Under the pieces are notes generated by a model. It ran no database searches, was not told the DNA's origin, and was given only the letters and a program-made list of their open reading frames with translations. DNA of 63,945 nucleotides, the filler included, from Thelocarpon superellum (Eukaryota): NCBI GenBank assembly GCA_026025795.1. It is 3 parts of 3 records of this genome, joined end to end, with 100 filler letters (N's around TTAATTAATTAA, not from the genome) between each part and the next. Parts side by side here need not be neighbours in the genome. Positions count along the whole stretch, not along the records: positions 1 to 25,328 come from JAPEUG010000269.1; 2 more parts are not named here. One strand, given 5' to 3'. Positions 1 through 11,270 of the stretch are shown here, piece by piece. The position numbers were made by a program, and so were the translations under genes. Within the stretch, counting starts at the first letter, position 1; each line of letters opens with the position of its first letter.

Positions 1-187
1 GACTTCGATGCAAATGATGGGCGGGGTCTAGGAGTCCCTCTTTTATCAGATCATCAGATAACGGCGCTAGGCCAGACGGGGAACCGATCTCGGCGAATGA
101 TTGCACAGCGTCGAGAATTCGCGTAATAATGTAGGAATCAGAGCTGAATTGCTAATCTACGCGTAGTCGGGATAGTGATAGGAGTGG

Positions 188-208
188 GCACGTGACCAGA
201 TCACGTGC
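188..208. promoter_or_regulatory. Paired inverted E-boxes upstream of COG2
   Basis: GCACGTGA-CCAGA-TCACGTGC; two TCACGTG (Cbf1-type bHLH) sites forming a perfect 8-bp inverted repeat. Confidence 0.5.
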
Positions 209-344
209 GCGCTCCTACAGTAACGTACTAATCCCATACTCACACAACACGACGTGACGAGTTCTGAGCTGTTGATTAGGTGCCTTCACCGACCAGGACC
301 CGGATTACGAAGGCCGCACATGCACCCCCCCCCGGCCCCCGGAC

Positions 345-1255
345 ATGAGTCAATTCTACGTGAGTCTCGACGATCATGCGAGCCGGTCGCATCACACCAC
401 CCAAGCTGACCCTTCCTCTAGTTCGGCGGGTCGGACAATTCCGATGCCTCGGACGACGATCTACCCTTCCCCGTCCCACTCCCTCGCGCGTCCTTCTTAA
501 CCCCGGATTTTAGTCCGACCTCCTACCTCGCCACGCTTCGCAACCGTCATCAGACGCTGGAAGATCTCCGCTCGGAGCTTCGGGCGCGGTCACAAAGCCT
601 CTCCAAAGAGCTCCTTGACTTGGTCAACGACAACTACGAGGATTTCTTGACTCTTGGGGCCAGCTTGAAGGGCGGCGAGGAAAAGGTGGAAGAGGTGCGC
701 GTAGGCATCTTGGGCTTTCAACGCGATGTCGAGGGCGTGCGGGACCACGTGACCGAGAAGCAGCACGAGGTCGCGGGTCTGATCGAGTCCCGACGTGCGT
801 TGCGGCGAAAGATCGGGCTCGCACGATCGCTCCTCGTCCTGGCTGCCCGTCTCGATGAGCTCGAACTGCAGTTGATGGTGAGCGCGGACGGGGAGAGAGA
901 AGATGACGAGCTGATCGAGCAGCTGGACCTGAGTGCGAGTGATGACTCCGAGGACGATCAGGCCCCGGGGTCGAGCTACATGTCGGCGAATCGTCTCCAA
1001 CGCTTCGTCCAAGCCTATCTCTTGATCAAGCAGCTCATGACCAAGGTCGGATCGGACCACCCATTCGTGGTGGCGCAGGAATCACGGATGATTCGCATTC
1101 GTCAGACCCTCCTGCTAGACTTGGGCACGGCCCTGAAGCAGGCCAAGAGTGGTGGCGAGCCCGCCCGAGACCGGACCGTCAAGTTGATGGGCTTGTATCG
1201 GGAGATGGGCGAGCCGGCGGAAGCTGTGCAGATCCTGCAGCAGACCACTCTATGA
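345..1255 (+). CDS. COG2: Conserved oligomeric Golgi complex subunit 2 (short fungal form), 2 exons
   Basis: ATG at 345, intron ~360-421 (GTGAGT..GCTGAC..TAG). Spliced product MSQFYFGG..DDLPFP..FSPTSYLATLRNRHQTLEDLRSELR..LLDLVNDNYEDF matches the Cog2 N-terminal domain. Confidence 0.88.
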
Positions 1256-1312
1256 GCGGGAGATGAGCGGTGGCATAGCGAAGGCGTTGACGGTACATGG
1301 ATTTGAAGTAGA

Positions 1313-2334
1313 CTACGACACGCTAGACAAAGCTTTCGGAGGAACGGAGGAGGGGCTGCTATAGTCCCCGTTCAGGCTGAAGCCCGGTCCTCGTGTCGAA
1401 CTGAGCACCTACCTAGCGTTAGCCCCATTGCATGCCAGCTCAGTGAGTGACGGCTCCGGCTCACCACTTCGTGGATGTTCTTGTTGATCCGATCGCTCAG
1501 CTGGCCCAAGTCCTTCTTCACGCTCTCCATAAACGCCTTGACATTCCGCTGCATCTCCTCGGGAGTGAAGGCAAGGTTGCCCACCGCCAGCCGGACCACT
1601 CCCTGCCGTTCGCGATACTCGCTGGCACCCACCATGTCGCGCACGCTGGCACCGACATCGCGTACTACCGTGCCCAGCTTGGCGCTCGGCATCAGTCCCT
1701 TGGGACCCAAGACCCGTCCCAGCGCCGCCTTGTTCAACTTCGGCAGCGAATCGACGTGGCAGAGGCATCGGTCAAACTCGACGCGGCCGGCCTTGACGGC
1801 ATCAAAGACCTCTTCCTCTCCCACCAGCACGGCCCCTTGCCGCGTGGCCGCCTCGGCGTGTTTGCTCTCGGCCGGGCAGATGACGCAGATGCGCAGGTCC
1901 GTCTTGACAGGATGGGGAAGGCGTAATCGATTCCGTACCGCCGGTCCATTCTTGAGCGTGTCGAGCCTGACGTGCATCTCGTATTTGGCCGACGTCGGGG
2001 TCTGGCCGACTTCGAAGGCGCGCAGGTACCTAGTCCGAGCGTGCTGTCAGTGCCGAGCCACAATGACAGCGACGGCAACGCACCTCATGGCATCGCACAA
2101 GGCAAACTGCTCGGCCTTGTTCAGATCTGGTAGGGTAAAGGAGGTTTGCGGCTTCTTTCGCTTCTTCTTGGCCTCGGACTTCTTGCGGTCGTACTGCGCC
2201 TGTTTTTTGGCGGAAGTGGACCGCGTTTGCTGCCGTGGCAAGAGGAAGCTGGGCGGTGAAAGACATTGGGGTCGTCGAAGCACGGACAGACCTTCCTGTC
2301 GAAGTAGGACACCGGACCAGGTGTTACATGCCAT
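1313..2334 (-). CDS. MRPL1: Mitochondrial ribosomal protein uL1m, 3 exons
   Basis: L1 motifs LRLPHP, GRVLGPKGLMPSAKLGTV, VLSSTRGPGFSLNG; basic presequence-like N-terminus; introns ~2030-2084 and ~1410-1465. Confidence 0.92.
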
Positions 2335-2553
2335 ATCGGCCCGTATGTGGACCTGGAAGATCCCGAGATAGCTGGAGCAGGTCTGGGGCCGAGGGAGCTC
2401 TTCGCTGTCGTGGTAAGACGCTGGATTGACTTTGCCGCCAAGTTGGGAGAATTTCGCACTCTGACTTACCCGGACGGCATACCGACCGCCAGACAAACAC
2501 CGTGACGCTCATTGCTGCGACCCCACATTCCACCCCTCAAGCTCCAGCGTAAG

Positions 2554-4808
2554 ATGTCGTTGAGAATTGCTCTCAAGGCGAACCAGTCTCTGACCCTCCC
2601 GGCCTTACTTGCTGCCACCCTCCTCAATCGCTCGAGCCAAGATGCCTCAGTGAAGATTCAGTACGACGACGTGCTCACCTTCAAAGAGGACGAGCCCAAT
2701 GCGGCGACCACGCTGTCAGTGCCTGGGGCTGAGGCGGTGTACGGCGACATTGAAATCGTCAAATATCTGATCGCCCACTACCCGATTCTCTCGGCCGGAA
2801 AGGGTGCATCTGCGGTTAGTGGCCTTGACCGAACCCGGCCATGTGTCCATGCGAGGCATGTCTAAAGATCACCCAGGAAGAGGAATGGCTTGACCGTGCG
2901 GTGAAATTCTCGTCGCCGAATCTCAAGGTCGTGGAGGAACCCTTGGCCGAGCTCAATGCCCATCTCACCCTTCGCACGCACCTGATTGGGTACAGCCTGA
3001 GCGTCGCCGAGCTCACGGTATGGGCCGTCCTACGGGGCAACCGGGCGGCGCATAGCTTCATCCTGAAAGACCAGTTGGTGAATGTGGGCCGCTGGTTCCG
3101 CCATCTCGAAGCCGCCTACCCATGGATTGCCACCACGGCCAATCAAGTGAGCGAGCAGTTCAAAGCAGCGCGACAGGCGCAGAGCAAGGAAGGGGGCAAT
3201 TTCGAGATCGCGCTGCGCGACACCGACCGCGGGGTGGTGACACGTTTCCCCCCCGAACCATCGTAAGTCGCGGGTGACGACGCGCACGGTATGAGCGATG
3301 ACTGACCATTCAGCGGTTACCTCCACATTGGTCACGCCAAGGCAGCGCTGCTCAACGACTATTTTGCCCATGAGCGGTACAAGGGCACCTTGTTGCTCCG
3401 CTTCGACGACACGAATCCCACCAAGGAAAAGGAAGAATTTCAGGATGCGATCGTAGAGGATCTGAAGTTGATGGGCATCAAGCCTGACCGCACCAGCTAC
3501 ACCAGCGATCACTTTCAAGCGCTCTACGAATATTGTGTGCGGATGATCCAGGAGGGCAACGCCTACGCAGATGACACGGATCAGATGACGATGCGAGACG
3601 AACGGATGAATGGGGTGGCGAGCAAGCGCCGCGATCGCAGCGTGGAGGAGAACTTGGCCGTCTTTGAGGAGATGAAGAAGGGAACCGAGACGGGAGTGAC
3701 GAATTGCATCCGGGCCAAGATGTCGGTCGACAACCCCAACAAAGCGATGCGCGATCCGGTCATCTATCGGTGCAACCCGGTGCCCCATCATCGGACCGGG
3801 GCGACGTGGAAGATCTATCCAACGTATGATTTCTGCTGCCCGATCGTCGACTCGATGGAAGGGGTCACGCACGCCCTGCGGACGATCGAATACCGTGACC
3901 GGAACGCGCAATACGAGTGGATGCTGGATGCGCTCAAGCTTCGACGCGTACACATCTGGGATTTTGCCCGCATGAACTTCATTCGCACGCTGCTGTCGAA
4001 ACGGAAACTGACCAAATTCGTGGATCAGGGGGTGGTGTGGGGCTGGGACGATCCCCGCTTCCCCACCATCCGTGGCATCCGTCGGCGCGGCATGACCATC
4101 GGTGCGTTGAGGGAGTTCATCCTCAAGCAAGGACCCAGTCGGAATATCGTCAACCTGGATTGGACCATCTTCTGGGCCACTAACAAGAAATTCATCGATC
4201 CCGTGGCACCGCGTCACACGGCTATCACCAAGGAAGCCGCCGTACCGGGCACGGTCGTCGGGGCGCCACCCGAGCCATATGCCATGGACAAGCCGCGACA
4301 TGGCAAGAATGCGGAGATTGGCACCAAGAAGGTCGTGTACAGCCCTTCCATCCTCTTTGACCAGGAAGACGCCAAGAGCTTCGAGGAGGGAGAAGAGATC
4401 ACCCTAATGAATTGGGGCAACGCCTTTGTGCGGAAGATTGCGTCAGCCTCGGGCGGTGAGGTGACGGGACTGGAGCTCGAACTGCACTTGGCCGGCGACG
4501 TGAAGAAGACGGAGAAGAAGGTCACATGGCTGTCGACCGAGGGCCAGGCCGTGGTCCCTGTGGAGTTGGTGGATTTCGACTACCTCATCACCAAGGACAA
4601 GATCGAGGAGGACGACAACGTCGAGGACTTCTTGAATCCGCACACGGAGTTCCGCAGCGCGGCCGTGGCCGATTGCAACGTGGCCGATCTCAAGGAGGGC
4701 GACATCATCCAGTTTGAGCGCAAGGGATATTTCCGCGTGGACCGGGCATATGACGGTAAACATCCTGCCATCATGTTCAACATCCCCACGGGCAAGACGG
4801 GGAAATAG
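2554..4808 (+). CDS. GUS1: Cytosolic glutamyl-tRNA synthetase, 3 exons
   Basis: GST-like N-terminal region; TRFPPEPSGYLHIGH after splicing 3263-3313; RFDDTNP, YPTYDF, LSKRK, WDDPRFPT, IQFERKGYF. Confidence 0.97.
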
Positions 4809-4838
4809 CAAGGCGAGCAGATAGCGCCGTAGGCCCGT

Positions 4839-5500
4839 CTATACGGCACCATGCAAGACTTGCTGTCCCGCGTCACCGTCTAGTCGAACGGCCATCGCTC
4901 CGTTCATATCTCTCCCGCCCGTGGGATCGTGGTGTTCGCCGAGTGCTTCGACGTCTGCCTGTCGGTTTTAGCACTAGACGAGCACTGGAGAGACGAAAGG
5001 CAGGGAGGGAGCCGCTACCCACCCGCAAAACCCTCATCCTCACCGATCCACCTCTGCATCTTCTCCCTGACGAACAAGGCAAAGTCCCACTCGCCTTCTT
5101 CTAGTCGGTATCGGCCCGAGACCCACACGTACGTCTCGGCCTCCTCGGCCTCGCCCTCCCCCTCCACATGGTCACATCCTTCCTGTTCATCTGGCGTCAG
5201 AAGCTTCACCCGCACCTTTCTACGCTCGTACTCGTCCCCCTCGAAGACGTCGAGACGTAGAAGATCCCCCTCCGTGAGTCCCGTCACGAAAGTCCCACGC
5301 ACACTGGTCCCAGGTGTGGGGACGATGGCGGGGTAATCACATCCTCGGACCTTGTGCCGGCTATGCGCGTGCAAGATGGCGGGCGTGATGGTCAGAGATT
5401 GCGCTTGCCATGCTTCGGGTGTCTTGGGTCCGTAGCACACGCGGTGGAGGACGGCTTTGGCCATCAGGGTGCCGTAGAAGAAGGCGCACCGGTCGCCCAT
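4839..5500 (-). CDS. AIG2-like gamma-glutamylcyclotransferase family protein, 2 exons
   Basis: FFYGTLM, DYPAI, LDVFEGDEYER motifs; predicted intron ~4955-5022 gives a terminal exon with DPTGGR. Confidence 0.88.
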
Positions 5501-5516
5501 TTGGTGGAGCGTGCAC

Positions 5517-5563
5517 GCTCAGCGTGGCTCATCGTGGCTCAGCGTTGCTCAGCGTAGCTCATC
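5517..5563. repeat. 10-bp tandem repeat, ~5 copies
   Basis: GCTCAGCGTG GCTCATCGTG GCTCAGCGTT GCTCAGCGTA GCTCATC. Confidence 0.85.
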
Positions 5564-6199
5564 CATGGTTTCTCACCCCTTAGTCGTGATGGTTCTTGCT
5601 AGACCTGCATCTTTGGAGATGGAAGTTGGACCATGGCGGAGGGCTCATCTATGTCTGATTGATGCCGGACGCCTGTCATCTACGAGAGCGACTCTTAGCC
5701 TCGCCTCACTCGGCCGATGCCGCTCTAGCTGGGTGTGCTGAGCGCCTCGCGCGAGCCCTTGCGAGCCTTAGGTGTGCCGAGTGCTCTGCCCAGTCCGTTG
5801 CTCGCACGACCACGGTCACACAATGATGATTCCCATGGGCACGGGAAAACGACGAGTTCCTGGAAACTCCATTCCAGAGGCATGCCAGGGGTGGATGATG
5901 CGTCACTCCGTCCATTATTAGCTTGCCAGTGGATACGCCGGTGTCGCTGACTAATTGGCCGAATGGGGGAATAGGAAGCCCGAAACTGGAGCCAAAGGTT
6001 TGTGGCGTCGGACAATGCACCGGGAGGGGACTTGGGGATTCGGGATATGGGGCTTGTAGCACGCAATGGGCGCTAGAAATACTCCTCTCTCTTCAGCGCA
6101 GACTTCATCCAGCGTAGCCAAAGATGACATCTCCTTTCCTCGTTGCTCGTCAGTCTGATCATCTACAGAGCATAGCTTCTCAGATCGACTGGTGCAATC

Positions 6200-7343
6200 A
6201 TGGCTCATCCAGCCTTGACAGCGGGCGCCGGCCTCGTCTTTGGTGCAGCTCTAACAGCATCTGGCGTGTACATACCGTCAGTCATCGTGTCGCAGATGCA
6301 GCTCAAAGACTTCCACATGATGACCGCATTCTTATGTGCAAGTGGAAGCAGCGCGTCAGTGATCCTGCTCTGACGCTCGACGACAGGCCCAGACGTAGAG
6401 TTGACGGCGTGCCAGATTCGTCATGGCCGCTTTCGAACGCCTGAATATCGCACCCCGTCAGCCTCGAAAGGGATCATCCATCGGATGGTTCGGACCCTAT
6501 GACGCAAATGTGCTGGGCGGTCTGCTCATTGGCGCGGGCATGGCGTTGACCGGCGCATGCCCAGGCACCGTTCTTGTCCAGCTGGCGACAGGCATCAAGT
6601 CGGGCGTGCTGGTCGCTCTCGGTGGGCTGCTTGGCGGCATTTTGTACGTCAGACTCCGAAGCTTCCTCGCAGAACGCCCGTCAGCATCAGCAATTCCGGT
6701 CACGGCCAAAGCCCTTACCATTGACGCCAAACTCGACGTGCATCCAGATCACGCGCTGCTGGCCTACGAAGCCATTTGTCTGGTGGTCATTGTTCTCTCC
6801 GCTGTATTTGGCCTCGACCCATCTGCTCCTTGGCTTCATCCGGTTCTCGGTGGCGTCCTGATCGGCGGAGCTCAGGCCGTCTCCCTCTTGCTCACAGGCA
6901 ACGCGATCGGGGTGTCAATGGCTTACGAGGAGGCCGGCCAACACTTCTGGACTTTCCTCGCATCGAGCAAGCAGGGTCCTCGACCGCCGACACAAGCCAT
7001 GACCTTTGCGTTGGGCATCTGGGCAGGCAGTTTCGCCCTGTCACGATCGGTGCCCATCCCGACCGTGGCCTCGGACGTCTCGGGGATCTCTGCGCTTGTC
7101 GGCGGATGTGCGATGGTCTTTGGTTCTAGACTTGCAGGGGGATGTACTTCAGGTCATGGCATCAGCGGGATGTCAACCTTGTCGATTTCTAGTATCATCA
7201 CCGTCGCAGCCATGTTCGCGGGCGGGATCTTGACGGCGAGAGTTTTTGGTTTTGGTTTGAATATGACAGGTCTTCTGCCAGCATTCCATGCTAGCGCCAA
7301 TGGCCATCATGAGAGTAGCCGACGGCTGCAACGCGACTTCTAG
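6200..7343 (+). CDS. YeeE/YedE family sulfur-compound (thiosulfate) transporter-like membrane protein, 2 exons
   Basis: GLVFGAALTASGVY; GMALTGACPGT and GSRLAGGCTSGHGISG cysteine motifs; many hydrophobic segments; intron ~6355-6416. Confidence 0.88.
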
Positions 7344-8076
7344 TCGGCAAGTTTTCGCCGGAACGCTGCCGAAGTTCAGCTATGGAGAAGTTGATTGGGC
7401 CACTTGCCATTTGGGCACGGGGTCGATGCACTCAATCCACTAGTTACCAATCGATTTACCTTTTGTACTGGACAATGCGGTCGAAGCGCGACGAATCGTT
7501 CTGACGGAAGCCGCGCGAGCGGAGGCCGGAGCCGCGCACCCTCTCGATCGGGCGGGCGATGGATGGATCGTCCGTAGACATTCATTCGTTCCATAATTCG
7601 AGTGGCACAAAGACAGTCCGAGCCGAGCAACAAGACAATAAATCTCTCGGCTTTCCTCTGTGGTTCGTACGAGCACGGCATTGCTCGCTAGAGCGGACCC
7701 TTCCGCCGACCAGTCGTAGGTGAAACGGGCGACACGAGCTCGGTCCGGCGGTAGGCCGGCTACTACCGACGCGATCTGAGGTATGTTAGCCAACGTTTTC
7801 GAAGACGAAACACTGTCCTCATACGGCTACGACGACGACGGCCAAAGGACAGACGAGGCAAGCCAGCACCTGGTCCTTCGCTGCCTTACCTCTTGTTCGG
7901 CGTCGTGAGCTCTCTGCATCCTGGACTGCCGCTACGACTGCCACCAATGCCTCCGCGATAGTCCAATGTCAAGGTCGATTCGACAGGTTGGACGTGCAAT
8001 CTCAGGGCCGGCTTCAAGCCACCAAGCCCGATTGCATCGGTCGAGTCGTTGACGTCGAACGAACCATTCCACCACC

Positions 8077-9189
8077 ATGGGCTTCCTCTCGTTTTTAATC
8101 ACCTACATTGCACCTGTGTTGTATGTGTCCGAGTACACGAACCGCTACCGGAGCAGAGCTAACGGGTGCCCCCAGCATCGTCGTCTCGCCCTTTACAAGC
8201 TACACGGATCAGATATGGTCGATCCATCGGAACCGATCCTCAGCCGGCTTTTCTCTCGACATTCCCTTGATCATGCTTGTGTCTTCAATTCTGCGGTACG
8301 GAGACACTGAGACGACACGCCGTGTCCATTTCTGCGCTGACGGATGGTTAGATGCTACTACTGGCTGGGAGCACAATTCGACAAGTCTTTGTTGGCACAA
8401 GCCCTTAACATGATAATCGTGCAAGTGTTACTGCTGAAAGTGGCGTTGGACCATCGTCCACCACCCAGTCACAAAGGCGGCATCGACAGCGCCCCGTTTG
8501 CTGGACTCAAGGCGGGGGAATTGGCGCGACCGTATAACTTCTGGCAATGGCGATCACCAAAGCCGTAAGTGGCACCACCCCCTCTTCTTCCACCCGTCCA
8601 CTCTGACCGTGGCGGCGCCTCGCCTCACAGATATTGGGAATTCATCGTCTACCTCACCATCGGACTCTTCCTCGCCCATCTCTTCCTCAGCCACATGAGC
8701 ATTTACATCGAGATGCTAGGATACATCGGACTGGGGATCGAAGCGACGCTACCGATCCCGCAAATGCTGTCCAACCAGCGCGCGCGATCCTGCAAGGGAT
8801 TCCGCGTCAGCGTGCTGGCGAGCTGGATCCTGGGCGACGTGATGAAGATGGTGTTTTTCTTCCTGGCCAACGCCACCAACGGGGGCAGTGGAAAGCCGAT
8901 CCCATGGGCCTTTAAGCTGTGTGGCTTGTTTCAGTTTGCGTGCGATTTGGCGCTCGGGCTGCAGTTTTGGTTCTTTGGCGATGGAGTGTCGTCTCCGCTT
9001 TCATCTTCGGCTTCTTCGATATCCGCGGCGTCGAAGCGCATGGTCCCTGGTCTGGCGGGCGGCGTGCTCACGGGGAAGAAGATGCCTTTTCTCCCGATGG
9101 CGCGTGCAGGAGGCCCGGGAAACACCAGCGACGCACAGAAAGGGACACAGCTGGACATGCTAAAGGAGAAGGACGGGATGATAGATTAG
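8077..9189 (+). CDS. PQ-loop repeat membrane protein (Any1/PQLC1-like), 4 exons
   Basis: SYTDQIWSIHRNRSSAGFSLDIPLIML and IEATLPIPQMLSNQRARSCKGFR repeats; three GT-AG introns that keep frame. Confidence 0.88.
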
Positions 9190-9274
9190 GAGATTGCGGG
9201 TTCAATTGAATACATACACGGTCAATACTAGCCAAACTTCAAGACAAATGAGGAACATGGATTCCCCCCGGCAC

Positions 9275-10291
9275 TCAGACGACAGGACGAACAGACACAT
9301 ACACAGTAGAGAAAGAAGAAGCGGGGGGTAAGGCAGGCATACCGGGGCGACCGCCGTCGATGGAACTCAGCGAAGGCGAAGTCGAAGTCGAAGTCGAAGG
9401 CGAAGTCGAAGTCAAAGTCGAAGTCGAAGTAGGCGCAGTCGGCTGGGGAAACTCGGGCATCCCAGGGGGTCCTCCGTAGGCCAAGCTCAGCGACGTCGAC
9501 GCTGGAAACGCCGGCATGCCCGGGGGTCCTCCGTTTCCCATGCTCAGCGTCGTAGAGCCGATTGTCTCCACGGGCACGAAAGTGGTGGTAGAGATGGGAG
9601 CACGGGGCATTTCTCCCACCACGACCGCCTCGTCGCCGTTTGGTGGAGTGGCGCCCAACGTGGGACGCAGGAGGTGCCTCTTGGTCATCTCGTCCAACTT
9701 CTTGTCGTCCTTGGTCTGCGAAATCCGTAGCAGTTCGCCCTGTTCCGGCCCCCCCGACCCCGCGAAGAACGGGTCTATGAATTGCACGGGCTCCTTCTCC
9801 GTGACTTCAGGCTCCAGTGAATGGAGCCGGAGTGACCCCTGAGTATCTGTTCCCACGGAGATGTCGGCAGCAGCGGTGCATCCCGGCGCGACAGAGCTGG
9901 TGACAGTCTCAGAAACAGGGCGTCGCTCCTCTCGCCTCTGTTTCCGGTAATTGTCCGGGTCGCGGCTGTGATTGTCGTCGCTGGGGCCGACGCCGCTGAC
10001 GAAGCCTCGGTCCCGGTCCCACGAGCAGCCGATGTCGAATGCTTCACAGCCCCAGCTGATGTCGACGTCGCGGGGGAAGCGGAGATGGTGGCCGGGTTGG
10101 AGGGAGAAGGGGTGTTCTCCATCCGTGAAGGCGGCCGAGAGGGTGGAGGTGCTCGACGGCTGTGAGCGGATGAGGGATGGGATAATGTAGCCGACGTAAA
10201 TGATGCAAGGGATGAGGATCACGAGCTTGAGGAGGAGCGATCTTACAGCGATCAGGGCGGTGGCCTTCATCTTGGCGATTGAGGAAGACAT
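9275..10291 (-). CDS. Hypothetical protein with N-terminal membrane anchor, Ser/Thr/Pro-rich, three GG(P/R)PGMPx(F/L)P repeats
   Basis: 338-aa intronless ORF; hydrophobic segment LLLKLVILIPCIIYVGYIIPSLI; no family recognised. Confidence 0.55.
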   Translation of the reverse strand: MSSSIAKMKATALIAVRSLLLKLVILIPCIIYVGYIIPSLIRSQPSSTSTLSAAFTDGEHPFSLQPGHHLRFPRDVDISWGCEAFDIGCSWDRDRGFVSGVGPSDDNHSRDPDNYRKQRREERRPVSETVTSSVAPGCTAAADISVGTDTQGSLRLHSLEPEVTEKEPVQFIDPFFAGSGGPEQGELLRISQTKDDKKLDEMTKRHLLRPTLGATPPNGDEAVVVGEMPRAPISTTTFVPVETIGSTTLSMGNGGPPGMPAFPASTSLSLAYGGPPGMPEFPQPTAPTSTSTLTSTSPSTSTSTSPSLSSIDGGRPGMPALPPASSFSTVYVSVRPVV

Positions 10292-11244
10292 TTTCGGATT
10301 GAAGTGGGTGCATGGGATGGTGAGGATATGGTGACCGGAGCGGTGGAAGTGTGGAGGAAGTGCGGGAGCGCGGAGGATGTAAGATCAGGCGTAGAGTGGA
10401 GAGTCAGAAGAGTGAAGGAGAAGGAGAAGGAAAGGAATCAGAGTCAGGCGGCGAGAGAGCCTTCTTATGTACCACAGCAGCCAGCTCATGGAGGGCAAGT
10501 ATCGTCTCGCTCAGATAGGTCAAGTGTGGAAGCACCGAGTGGGGTGGATGACGATGGAAGATGCGATTCTGGCGGGTCAAGATGGAAATCACTCCGACGA
10601 GGTGTCCATGTTCGCAACATGACCCGCGAGAGAGGTCAAGTGCGTTCAGACGAGGAGCTAGTCATCCATTAGGTAGATAACTACCCAAGAGTCGTAGGCC
10701 AGTTGACTCGCATATCCCGTGCTTGACTTGGTGTTGTTGGAAACACGGCGGTTGTGTGCTTGAATAGGAGAAGCGGATGCAAACCTCAACAATCCCAACT
10801 TTGGTGAAGTCAGCTCTCCACTTTCAGCTCGCTCCCGGAGCCGGGGCCAGCGCCAGAAACGAACCAGCACAGCACCATCATCAGCAGATCCATGCGCAAA
10901 GTCAACTCTATTCAACTCATCAACTCCAGGTTATGTGCAGAACCAGCCAAGCAACACCGGTCCCACCTCACGCCGTGCACCCATGACGCTCACCCATATG
11001 CCATCCGGACCCATCCCCTTTGCCACACTGCAATTTACGTGATCAACGCCAAGGACGCCACTTCACTTGCCATCTGGTCATCATCCTTTCGCCCTCGCGT
11101 CTCGCGTGTGTCGTTGCGGGCGACCTCGCAGCGAGCGGGGGCTCGAATGTAGCGCGGACGAAGATGGCGTCACGCAGGTCTCCTCCGTCATCGCTCTCCG
11201 CTCCTTTGACGCTTTCGAGAGCGCCTCTCCTTCGCCCATCTCAC

Positions 11245-11270
11245 CCCTAGGCCCCTCCCCTAGGCCCCTC
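11245..11270. repeat. Exact 13-bp tandem duplication
   Basis: CCCTAGGCCCCTC x2. Confidence 0.9.

Noticed and set aside
3030..4301. 423-aa antisense ORF, and similar long ORFs at 35768-37111, 22819-23676 and 61631-62632
   Set aside because: They lie opposite well-supported genes; expected shadows of GC-rich codon usage with no recognisable motifs.
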